This document shows, piece after piece, positions 29,495 through 39,300 of a DNA stretch of 64,000 nucleotides (position 1 is its first letter; the number at the start of each line of letters is the position of its first letter). Both the position numbers and the translations under genes were made by a program. This DNA comes from an uncultured Thermoplasmatales archaeon. Lineage in GTDB: Archaea; Thermoplasmatota; E2; DHVEG-1. Location: NCBI GenBank assembly GCA_964648565.1, contig CAZYLG010000001.1, positions 12,315 to 76,314 of the forward strand. Reading direction: 5' to 3'. Under the pieces are notes generated by a model, which saw only the letters and a program-made list of their open reading frames with translations, had not been told where the DNA came from and searched no databases.

Positions 29495-29845
29495 ATGAAT
29501 TGGAAAGATAAATACGATGATGTAAGTGATTTTAAAGAAGGTAGAGCTAAAGTTGAACTAAATAATAAATATGGTCATGTAGATAAAAATGGTAATGTAA
29601 CTACCCCTATTATCTATGATATAACAGGATATTTTCAGGGAGGTAGGGCCGGTGTTGAGCTAAATGACAAACAAGGGCACGTTGATAAAAATGGTAATGT
29701 AACTACTCCTATTATTTATGATAGTGTAGGAAATTTTAGAAAAGGCGAAGCTTTGGTTAGATTAAATCGTAAAGAAGGTTATGTAAATAAAAATGGCAAA
29801 GTAATAGAAGGTCACTATGATTTAATTATAGGAGTTTTTAAATGA
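29495..29845 (+). CDS. KWG/WG-repeat protein, 3 repeats, 116 aa
   Basis: Repeats of GRAKVELNNKYGHVDKNGNVTTPIIYD.. match WG_beta_rep-like repeats with W replaced by Y. AGAGGAAG precedes the ATG. Confidence 0.7.
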   Translation: MNWKDKYDDVSDFKEGRAKVELNNKYGHVDKNGNVTTPIIYDITGYFQGGRAGVELNDKQGHVDKNGNVTTPIIYDSVGNFRKGEALVRLNRKEGYVNKNGKVIEGHYDLIIGVFK

Positions 29846-30396
29846 ATTGGAAAAATAAATATGATTATGTAAGTGATTTCCAAGAAGGTAGAGCTAAGGT
29901 TCGATTAAATGGTAAACAAGGTCATGTAGACAAAGAAGGTAACATTACTACTCCTATTATTTATAATAATGTAGGATATTTCCAAGAAGGTAGAGCTAAG
30001 GTTCGATTAAATGGTAAATACGGTCATGTTGATAAAGATGGTAACATTACTACTCCTGTTATTTATAATAATATAAGTCATTTCCAAGAAGGTAGAGCTG
30101 AAGTTGTAAAAAATGGTAAATACGGTCATGTAGACAAAAATGGTAATGTGACTACTCCTATTATTTATGATCTTATAGGAAATTTTCAAGGAGGTAGAGC
30201 TATAGTTGAATTAAATAATAAACAAGGTCATGTAGACAAAAACGGTAACATTACTACTCCTATTATTTATGATAATGTAGGATATTTCCAAGAAGGTAGA
30301 GCTAGAGTTGGATTAAATGGTAAATACGGTCATGTAGACAAAAATGGTAAAGTAATAGAAGGACAGTATGATTTAATTATAGGAGTTTTTAAATGA
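29842..30396 (+). CDS. KWG/WG-repeat protein, 5 repeats, 184 aa
   Basis: ATGA overlap with the upstream paralogue. The 39-aa repeats are near-identical at the DNA level. Confidence 0.7.
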   Translation: MNWKNKYDYVSDFQEGRAKVRLNGKQGHVDKEGNITTPIIYNNVGYFQEGRAKVRLNGKYGHVDKDGNITTPVIYNNISHFQEGRAEVVKNGKYGHVDKNGNVTTPIIYDLIGNFQGGRAIVELNNKQGHVDKNGNITTPIIYDNVGYFQEGRARVGLNGKYGHVDKNGKVIEGQYDLIIGVFK

Positions 30397-30641
30397 ATTG
30401 GAAAGATAAATATGATTATGTAAGTGATTTCCAAGAAGGTAGAGCTATAGTTGTAAAAAATGGTAAATATGGTCATGTAGACAAAAACGGTAATGTAACT
30501 ACTCCTATTATTTATGATCTTATAGATCATTTTAAAGAAGGTAGAGCTGAAGTTGGATTAGATGGTAAACAAGGACATGTAGACAAAAATGGTAAAGTAA
30601 TAGAAGGTCACTATGATTTAATTATAGGAGCGTTTAAATAA
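30393..30641 (+). CDS. KWG/WG-repeat protein, 2 repeats, 82 aa
   Basis: ATGA overlap. Same N-terminal cap (MNWKDKYDYVSDFQEGRA) and C-terminal cap (GKVIEGHYDLIIG.FK) as the other two. Confidence 0.7.
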   Translation: MNWKDKYDYVSDFQEGRAIVVKNGKYGHVDKNGNVTTPIIYDLIDHFKEGRAEVGLDGKQGHVDKNGKVIEGHYDLIIGAFK

Positions 30642-30708
30642 ATTATAAAAAACCCATAAAATAGTAAAGATAAATTAATAAGATGGACTGCACACAGTTC
30701 TTCTTAAT

Positions 30709-30762
30709 GGATTGTACTATATAGGTACAAAAACTATATATTGTACTTAATAGGTACAATCC
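30709..30762. promoter_or_regulatory. two operator-like palindromic sites TTGTAC-N7-GTACAA, nested in an outer inverted repeat GGATTGTAC...GTACAATCC, upstream of the TTG-start 1843-aa gene
   Basis: Site A 30709..30730 (ggattgtactatataggtacaa). Site B 30740..30762 (attgtacttaataggtacaatcc). Centres are about 29 bp apart and about 30 nt upstream of the start codon. Confidence 0.6.
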
Positions 30763-30792
30763 AATGAGTATATCTCAATAAGGAGGCACACC

Positions 30793-33700
30793 TTGGACTG
30801 GAAAGGTAAAATTAATTTTGACAAAGCAATCACTCTCAAAGGAAAACCCCATGGTATTGATAGGGAAACTACTCTTCCTACATTCGATCAACCACAAGAT
30901 GAAGGAAGAGTTGTATTCACAGAAGATACAAAAAAATTATGGGTAGGTACTGATACAGAATGGTCAGAACTTACTCCAGGAGGTATTGGTGTTCATTATC
31001 ATGATGATGTATACTATACAGAAACCGAAATTGATGACTTTTTTGAAGGAGAATCTGGTGGTAAAAAACAAGTTGATTGGATTAATATAACAACTAAGCC
31101 AACTGAATTTACTCCAGCAGATCATGATAATACTGTACATAGTGCGACATATATTGAAGTTGACGCTGTAAATTTTACAAATTTATCAGATAACGGAGCT
31201 GTAGGTACTTCTTCTAATCAAGTTGCAGTTGGAAGTCATAATCACGACTCTTCATATGCTCCATTAAATCCACCAGCAAATTCTATAACATATGATAATA
31301 CGACATCAGGACTTTCATCTACTGATGTTCAGGGTGCTATCGATACACTAGATTTACGTATTGATTATTCAGAAAATGCTGTTGAAGGAATTTTTTGGGT
31401 TGATAACACTAGAACTGATCCATACACAGAAACAGGTAATTTGGGAAAACCATTTAAGACAATTTCAGCGGCAATCACATACATAACCACAAATCATAGT
31501 GGTAAAGGAACCATTATGTTGGCTGAATCTGAATATGATGAGACGTTTACATTAGGTCCTAAAATGTCATTAAAGGGTTTCAGTTTCACAAAAATTATTG
31601 GTTCAGATACAGTTACGATTGGAGATGGTTCCACAAACGGTTCAAATTTAATAGAAAATGTTGTGTTTGAAAAAGAAGTAATTGTTAATATGGTTGATTC
31701 AGTACGATTTTCAAATGTGACTATTCAACAAGCTGGTTTTCTTACATTAACTGCCGGAAGTATTGAAGGAGATATTTCAGTTCAAACCAATTCAACTTCA
31801 CCGGCTTTAGTTATGAATGGTGGAGTATTATTTGGATATAATAGTTCATTCACAGCTACTCAAAATAGCGTTGTTACACATAATGGTGGTGAATTAATTC
31901 TATCAAATAGTGATATTTATGGAGTTACCACAGATACAACATTAATTTCAACTTCTGGTATTGTTAATCTATCTGATACAAGAGTAATTAATGCTTCAGG
32001 ATCGGGTCCAGCACTTTCGATTAATAATGGTGCTACAGTGGGGAATCCCAATATTTTATCAAATGTATACAAGGTTGGAGCTGGTGATTCAGACACTGCT
32101 GTAACATTAATAGATGGAGTGTTTGGTGATTCTACAATTACTGGTACTGCTCAAGCGTATAGAACATCAAAAAGAATTGGGTTCGACCCATCAACATCAA
32201 CTCTTACTTCTACCACAGTTCAGGGTGCTATTGATGAATTAGCAAATTCACATTCTGATTTTCAGTTAACAACTACTATTTACGTGGATAAAGATAGAAC
32301 TGATACGTATACTCCAACTGGAGCGATTGATCGGCCATTCACGAATATTGACGATGCTATAGCAGCCGCAGAAGCTGGTGATACAATCTTTCTTTTTAAG
32401 GGTGGATATTCATCATCAGGTACAATAACTCTTCCCGATAATGTTAATCTTATTGGAATGGGACAAGGTAAATCCAATATTTATAGTCCACTAGAAACAG
32501 GTGCAAATGGAAAATGTAGATTAGAACATATTTCATTTAGAAATACATTAACAATAAATACTGAAACGTATGTAGAATATATATACGCGAATACTACTGT
32601 AACTCTTAATGCAGGACTACAAGGTGAGGGATTCTCTATTATGGTTGATAGCGGACCGGCGTTGATTATGAATTCAGGTGGAAGTACAATGACGCTTAAT
32701 ACTTTATCTACTACAGATACAAATGAATCCGCGGTAGTAATGAATGCTGGATGTGGAGTCCTCACTCTTCAAGCTGCGAAAATACAAAATAATAGTGCTA
32801 CTGAACCGGCGCTAAATTCAGATGGTGGTTCAGTAATTCTTCTTACTACATCACTAATAAATACAGGTGGTGGTCTGGCAGCTGATTTAGAAAATGAATC
32901 CACAACATCAAATCCTAATATGTTGAGTAATGTTATTCATGTTGGTGGTATGGATACTGATGCTTCACCTACAATTATTGAAGGTGTACACGGTGGCGAT
33001 CCTTCTGGTACTGCTATGGCTTTACGACCAGCCACACAAATCGGATATGATCCTACTTCTTCTGGGCTATCTCTAACGACATTAGATGTACAATCAGCAA
33101 TCGATGAAGTCGCTGGAAGTCTAGGAACAGGTTCAGCGGTCAATATATCATATAATAATACAGATTCAACATTAGATTCGGTTAATGTTAAAGAGGCACT
33201 TGATGAATTAGATGCAGAAAAAGTAGGAAGCAGTCATAATCATAATAGTCTATATTATACTCAATCACAAATAGATACCAATTATTTATCTAAATCACAA
33301 CTATCTGATGTTACTCTTCAAAACGAACGAGCGGCATATCAAGAAGTTAATCTAACTGGTCAAAATGAAAGTGATCCATCGGGTCTCACTCCAGGAGATA
33401 CATATGATTTTACAATTGATGTAGATAGTACTGGAGAACAAACATTTTCTATTACCCCAGGGGTAGCTACCGCGGGTTATCAGGAATTAGGTCTGGGCGG
33501 AGTAGATGCTGGAACTGATAGTGGGTTATCTTCAGGAATATATTACTTCAAAATAAAAGTCAATGATAATACATTAAATCAATATAGTATAGAATTGGAT
33601 CCAGCAGAAGCTGCTTCACATGTTGGAACCGAAGATTTATCATCAGGATATAATTGGGAAAATGATAATCAAGATTTTGATATTAGTGTTAACGGTGGTT

Positions 33701-36324
33701 CTTCATTCACTGTTGATCTCACTGTATCATCAACTGGACTCACCGACATCATTTCAGAAATTAATTCAGTATTCACAAGTGAGGGAGTAAATTCAGAAAT
33801 TGAAGCTTATGATGCCGGTTCAAATCATGTGGGTATTAAAACAATTGCTACTGGATCATCAGAAACATTTACATTAACCTCTGGATTAAATGATGCGTTA
33901 ACTACATTAGGAATGACTGCTGGAACATATACTGGTTCAGATGCAACAGCAGGTTATCAAGACGTGAATCTTGATGGACAAATAACAAGTTTATTAAATG
34001 AAAGTGGTTTAAGCCAAGGCAACACATATAATTTTGTTGTTAATGGTTCATCATATAATATAGATGTTTTAGGTCCAACATCTGGCTACCAAGAATTAGG
34101 ATTAAGTGGAATATCTGGAGGTGATGATAGCGGATTAACAGCAGGTACAGTATATAATTATAATATAAAAATCGATGGTGGTTCTGCAACACCTCAAACT
34201 GTTACATTGTCCACTGGTGATAAAGAAGTAACAGAAGTTACTTGTCCAGCAGATTCTTCACAATCATTAAGCGGAGCATACTGGTTACTGTATAGTGCAA
34301 ATGATGCTACTGAGTATTATGTATGGTATAGAATGCAAGAGACAGCAGCACAACCTGCTAGTCATACCGGCACAGCTGATTTATCAAGCGGTTATACAGG
34401 TTGGTCTTCTACACCAGAAGACTTTAACATCAATTATAGTGGTTCAGATTACAACATCGTACTTGATACGGACACTACTGATGTAGCAACTACTGTAACA
34501 GAAATTAATAATTCATTATCTACAGCTGGTCTATCAGGAATAGAAGCATTCGCTTCTAGTAATAATGTTGGTTTAAGAACAACAGCCGCTGGTTCAACTG
34601 AATCGTTTACTCTTTCTGCTGGAGACACGGTAGATGCATTATCTACATTAGGAATGACTGCTGGAACATATACTGGTTCAGATGCTACATATTCAACAGA
34701 TCCTGCTCCTTCTGGAAAAACCCCTCTACAAGTTAATATTAGTGAAGATGATACAGCAGATAGTGTTGCATCAGCCACACAATCAATAATTGATGGCAAT
34801 AGTAATTTTGATGCTACTGTTAGTACAAACGTGGTAACAACAACAAATGCAGATACTGGAGTGACGACTGATGCAAATGATCCTGCTTCTAATTTTACAT
34901 TTACGATAACAACACAGGGTACTAATGATTCTACTACATATAATGATTTAGTTACTGTTCTAAGTAGTGTGACAGGGGTAACCTGGTCAATAACTGGTGG
35001 TGATTTAAGAGCTACATCTGATACGACTGGAATATCTTCAACAATAGAATTAAGTGCTGGAGGATCACCAGATTTATTAGCTGCACTCGGGGCTTCATTG
35101 GAACCCTCTATGTCAGGATCTGACGGTACTGATACAACATGGGATAGTATTCTATTCGAATTAAACACAGAAACCTCAGGTATTGCTACATGGACAGAAG
35201 AAAGTGGAAATATTCGGTGTACTAATGATACCACTGGTTCGAGTTCAACGATAACACTTGCTGATGGAAGTACAAATAATTTATTTTCATCATTAAATTA
35301 CATACAAGCCACACATTTTATTAATCAAACTTCTGGAGTGGATGCACAACCGGCTAGCCATGACGGAACAGTCGATGTATCTGGTTCAATTGATTTTACA
35401 GACAAACGAGAAACATTAGTAATTAATAGCACTACAGTGACATTAGATGCAGATACAATCAATTTAACTGAAGTGATAGCTGAAGTTAATGATGCATTGA
35501 CTCCATTAAGTGATTTACAAGCTTATGATGCCGGTTCAAATCATGTGGGTATTAGAACAATTGCTACTGGATCATCAGAAACATTTACGATTAATTCAGG
35601 AGATGGTCTACTTACATTAGGGTGGACTGCTGGAACATATACAGGTGCAGATGCTACAGATACAACATGGTCTAATATTATATCACTAATGAATGCATCT
35701 ACGATATCAAGCTGTACATGGACAATTGTGAGTGGTGATGTTCGATGTACAGCAGATTTTACAGGAGATTCTTCGACTATTGATTTACAGCCAGGAGATA
35801 CAAATGATTTATACAATGCTTTAGGGGCTTCAACTCCATACGATACTGCAGTGGATGGTACTGATGCTTCAGATTTATTCAGTGATGTTTTAACACAGAT
35901 GAATAGTTCAACAACTATCGGTGTAACTTGGACATGGGAGAGTGGAAATATTAGAGCTACAAGAGATATGATCGGGTCAAGTTATTCAGTCATTATTTCT
36001 GCTGGACCATCAAATGATTTATTTTCAAATCTTAATGGATATATAGGAATCTCTTCTGCTGTATCTGGTTTAGATGAAGATACAACTACCGGTTCAGACT
36101 GGATAGGAGTAGAAGGTATAGAAGGAGTTACTCCAACTGGAAAATCTGTTGGAGATAGTGGTACACTACAGGAAGTATTAGAGGGGGTAGCAACAAAACC
36201 ACTAAGTCTCACTTCCGGCTCTCCATCAGATAGTCCTTTACCAGGAACAGCAAAATTTGATACATCAACAAATATATTATATGTTTATAATGGTACTTCT
36301 TGGGTAAGTACTACATTATCATAA
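30793..36324 (+). CDS. giant fibre/spike protein, 1843 aa, probable TTG start. Two DUF1565-type beta-helix domains. Three copies of a ~100-aa module are also present in the 3055-aa protein. Contains HxH..YYT motifs.
   Basis: AGGAGG at 30781..30786, 6 nt before the TTG. Beta-helix starts GNLGKPFKTISAAI (~31440) and AIDRPFTNIDDAIAAAEAGDTIFLF (~32320). Module copies sit near 33640..33960, 34390..34700 and 35380..35650. Confidence 0.8.
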   Translation: MDWKGKINFDKAITLKGKPHGIDRETTLPTFDQPQDEGRVVFTEDTKKLWVGTDTEWSELTPGGIGVHYHDDVYYTETEIDDFFEGESGGKKQVDWINITTKPTEFTPADHDNTVHSATYIEVDAVNFTNLSDNGAVGTSSNQVAVGSHNHDSSYAPLNPPANSITYDNTTSGLSSTDVQGAIDTLDLRIDYSENAVEGIFWVDNTRTDPYTETGNLGKPFKTISAAITYITTNHSGKGTIMLAESEYDETFTLGPKMSLKGFSFTKIIGSDTVTIGDGSTNGSNLIENVVFEKEVIVNMVDSVRFSNVTIQQAGFLTLTAGSIEGDISVQTNSTSPALVMNGGVLFGYNSSFTATQNSVVTHNGGELILSNSDIYGVTTDTTLISTSGIVNLSDTRVINASGSGPALSINNGATVGNPNILSNVYKVGAGDSDTAVTLIDGVFGDSTITGTAQAYRTSKRIGFDPSTSTLTSTTVQGAIDELANSHSDFQLTTTIYVDKDRTDTYTPTGAIDRPFTNIDDAIAAAEAGDTIFLFKGGYSSSGTITLPDNVNLIGMGQGKSNIYSPLETGANGKCRLEHISFRNTLTINTETYVEYIYANTTVTLNAGLQGEGFSIMVDSGPALIMNSGGSTMTLNTLSTTDTNESAVVMNAGCGVLTLQAAKIQNNSATEPALNSDGGSVILLTTSLINTGGGLAADLENESTTSNPNMLSNVIHVGGMDTDASPTIIEGVHGGDPSGTAMALRPATQIGYDPTSSGLSLTTLDVQSAIDEVAGSLGTGSAVNISYNNTDSTLDSVNVKEALDELDAEKVGSSHNHNSLYYTQSQIDTNYLSKSQLSDVTLQNERAAYQEVNLTGQNESDPSGLTPGDTYDFTIDVDSTGEQTFSITPGVATAGYQELGLGGVDAGTDSGLSSGIYYFKIKVNDNTLNQYSIELDPAEAASHVGTEDLSSGYNWENDNQDFDISVNGGSSFTVDLTVSSTGLTDIISEINSVFTSEGVNSEIEAYDAGSNHVGIKTIATGSSETFTLTSGLNDALTTLGMTAGTYTGSDATAGYQDVNLDGQITSLLNESGLSQGNTYNFVVNGSSYNIDVLGPTSGYQELGLSGISGGDDSGLTAGTVYNYNIKIDGGSATPQTVTLSTGDKEVTEVTCPADSSQSLSGAYWLLYSANDATEYYVWYRMQETAAQPASHTGTADLSSGYTGWSSTPEDFNINYSGSDYNIVLDTDTTDVATTVTEINNSLSTAGLSGIEAFASSNNVGLRTTAAGSTESFTLSAGDTVDALSTLGMTAGTYTGSDATYSTDPAPSGKTPLQVNISEDDTADSVASATQSIIDGNSNFDATVSTNVVTTTNADTGVTTDANDPASNFTFTITTQGTNDSTTYNDLVTVLSSVTGVTWSITGGDLRATSDTTGISSTIELSAGGSPDLLAALGASLEPSMSGSDGTDTTWDSILFELNTETSGIATWTEESGNIRCTNDTTGSSSTITLADGSTNNLFSSLNYIQATHFINQTSGVDAQPASHDGTVDVSGSIDFTDKRETLVINSTTVTLDADTINLTEVIAEVNDALTPLSDLQAYDAGSNHVGIRTIATGSSETFTINSGDGLLTLGWTAGTYTGADATDTTWSNIISLMNASTISSCTWTIVSGDVRCTADFTGDSSTIDLQPGDTNDLYNALGASTPYDTAVDGTDASDLFSDVLTQMNSSTTIGVTWTWESGNIRATRDMIGSSYSVIISAGPSNDLFSNLNGYIGISSAVSGLDEDTTTGSDWIGVEGIEGVTPTGKSVGDSGTLQEVLEGVATKPLSLTSGSPSDSPLPGTAKFDTSTNILYVYNGTSWVSTTLS

Positions 36325-36339
36325 TAGGGAGCGAAATAT

Positions 36340-39300
36340 ATGCCAAGAGATACAAATGAGAGTTCTATAAAATTAATATGGGAGAATAACCCTGATACTC
36401 CGCTAACATCCTCAGCTCTTTCTAAATCATTAGATTTTATTGCTTCATATAAAAATTATAATACAGATTATTCACCTGGAGTTCATGGTGAATTTACTCT
36501 TCTTACAATAGACCCTAACGATGCCACTCAATTGCTATTCAAACGTGGTTCCATTATACAAATTATTAATGAAGCTGAAGACGCAGGAACTCCACTCATA
36601 CCTGAAAATCAACAATATAGAATGTTTGATGTTGGTTTAGATGACATTATTATCACGTCAGAGGATACAGATGAAACACTTCCAACAAAAACAACATGGA
36701 CTGATGCATATTGGTTTGTATATATTTGTGATAGAGATGATTCGGCTATTTATGGAGAGGAATCTGGAGACGGTTATGGCGGGGGAGCTCAAATCATTAT
36801 ATCAAAACGCAACAACTACCCTGTTAACATTCAAGTACCCGGTCGTCCAAGTGATACATATACAGAAAAGGACACTCGTATTATTGGTGGATTTCAAACA
36901 AATGCTGGTAATATCATTGCCAACTCAATATGGGATATCGCTGGGTATTCAGATACAGTAAAAACAAAAAATGGATATTATGTATTAAACCCATATACGA
37001 CAGGAACCTCATATTCTTTTCGTCAAATTGATTTACGTGATCTTAATACAGATAGAAGCAACATTATTGATGGGACTCTAACAATCAATGATGATACAAT
37101 TATTAATGGAGATACAACAATATCAGGAGACATACAATTAAACAGCGATGAGTTTAATATTGACTCATCTAACGGATATATACATTATGAAGATGATGGT
37201 TCATCTGTATTATTGGAAATTAACGCTCCAACTACGTTATCTGAAACTATAACATGTAATGGTACTGTTACAATACAAAATGAGATTACTCATACTGGAA
37301 ATTATGGCATAACAGGAGATATAACACAAACTGGAGATTTATCTGTAACAGGTTCAACTACGTTAACTGGATCATTATCACAATCTAGTGGTAATGTTTC
37401 ATTTGGAGGATCAGGAGCTACTATAACAACTGCTGGTACATGGAGTCATAGTGGAAGTATAGATATTACCGGCAACCCCATAATAACCGGATCAACTACA
37501 TTAAACGGCACTGTAGTAGCAACCGCAAATTCAATTACATTGAAAAATATTGCTGATGATCTTTCTGTAGTCGTGGATAATTCATCTGATAAAATTATAT
37601 TAACAGGAGACGTGGAGATATCAGGAGATGTATATTCACATAATGGTACAGTTAGTCTTCAATCTAATGGGGATATTATTACATCAGTTCCTGGTGGAAA
37701 TACATTCAAACATTCTCAAGGATCATTTATTGTAGATAATGCAGATTTCACAGTACAACAGAATAATTCAACTCCTGTGGTTAATATCGATACTAGTGAA
37801 AAGATTACAACATTTTATGGAGATATAGTTGGAATATTAGATACTGGGAATACATTCACGCTAGAAACACCAAGTTCAGACCCAATATTTACTGTAGAGG
37901 AAGATAATGCTATATTAGAAGGGAACATGACTGTCAGAAATGATTTAACAGTAGATGGGACAATTAATGCTACTATTAGTGGTTCATCCTCTGAAGCAAC
38001 AAAATGGTCAAATACGTTAACACTACATTTTACTGATGATATGACTGGAGACGTTACATTCGATGGAAGTGAAGGCACTCTTAATGTATCTTTAACTGCC
38101 GGAAGCACAATGTATACGAAATCAGATTTAGATGGCGGGCAGTTAGATGATAGATACTATACTGAAGATGAAATTAATCCACTTGATGTATTTTCAAATC
38201 CAATCTGGAGCCCTGCTACTCCATTAGACAAACGATATTATACTAAGAATGGATTAGACACAGGACAATTAGATGGTAGATACTATAATCGTACAGATGC
38301 CGACAATGAATTCTATCCTCGTGTGGATATTATTCCAAGTAGTTCAGGACCAGGAATAGCTAGTGATTCAGATGATATGGATTGGACTGGAACAGAAATA
38401 GACTTAAGATATTATACAAAAGTCGCATTAAACCCAAATACTACTGGAGATGGAATTGGATCAGGAATCGATATAGGTGCTGCTGGTGATGGGGCGTTAG
38501 ATGATAGATACTATACTGAAACAGAAATTGTTACGAATTATTATACTAAAACAAATTTAGAAACAGAAGGTGAAGCTATAGTCCACTGGGGCAACATCAG
38601 TTTTATTCCCTATGGACAGCGAGGAAGTAGTGAGTTCATATCAAGGAATGATCATACCCACTCAATTAATTTTATTGATGCGGCAACAGAAGAATATTTA
38701 TTTGATTTACACAATGAAGAAGTAGATTGGGATTTCTCGTCTTCATTAATGGATATTAGTGTTGGGGATCTGCAATCAGAAATACAATTTTTGAGTGATG
38801 ATCCTTTAGAATATCAGGGAGTATATTTTATTCTCTATTATAATGATGGAGTAAGTACAATAGAATTTTGGTTTCAGAATAGTGGAACTCCTGCTGCCGC
38901 CCCGGACGGTACATCAACATTAGATCAAATTATTGATATCACCGGTCTAACAACAGTAACAGACATACGAGATACTGTTATTGCTGCGATTAGTGGTTTA
39001 ACTGCACCATCTCCTAATCCATTTAATGCTACAGATATTGATGATGATATAATGAGTATTACATATACTGATTTAACTACATTCGGAGATCCAGACGATT
39101 ATGTTCCTACATCATCTGATGATGGTGTTGTAGATGCATATAGAAGTTATTACGGTTCATTACACTTTGATTTGGAAAGTAATGTATATAGTAAGTCTGA
39201 AATTGATACTAATTATTATACTCAGTCTGATCTACAAACATCTGGTAGTGCTGAAGTACATTGGGGTAATATAACAACTAAGCCGACAGAATTCGCTCCA

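Noticed and set aside
29495-30641. Highly regular 117-nt DNA repeats could suggest a CRISPR-like or other non-coding array
   Set aside because: The repeats are in-frame, encode a recognisable WG-type protein repeat, and each unit has a start codon, an SD and conserved N-terminal and C-terminal caps. There are no spacer-like unique segments.
30642-30792. Inverted repeat 30709..30762 as a rho-independent terminator for the WG-repeat genes
   Set aside because: The stem is AT-rich with large internal loops, and no U-tract follows. The internal organisation, two TTGTAC-N7-GTACAA palindromes, fits operator sites better.
18006-36324. A diversity-generating retroelement acting on fibre tips
   Set aside because: No reverse transcriptase ORF and no template/variable repeat pair with adenine-specific mismatches was found. 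Repeat similarity is explained by ordinary duplication and recombination.
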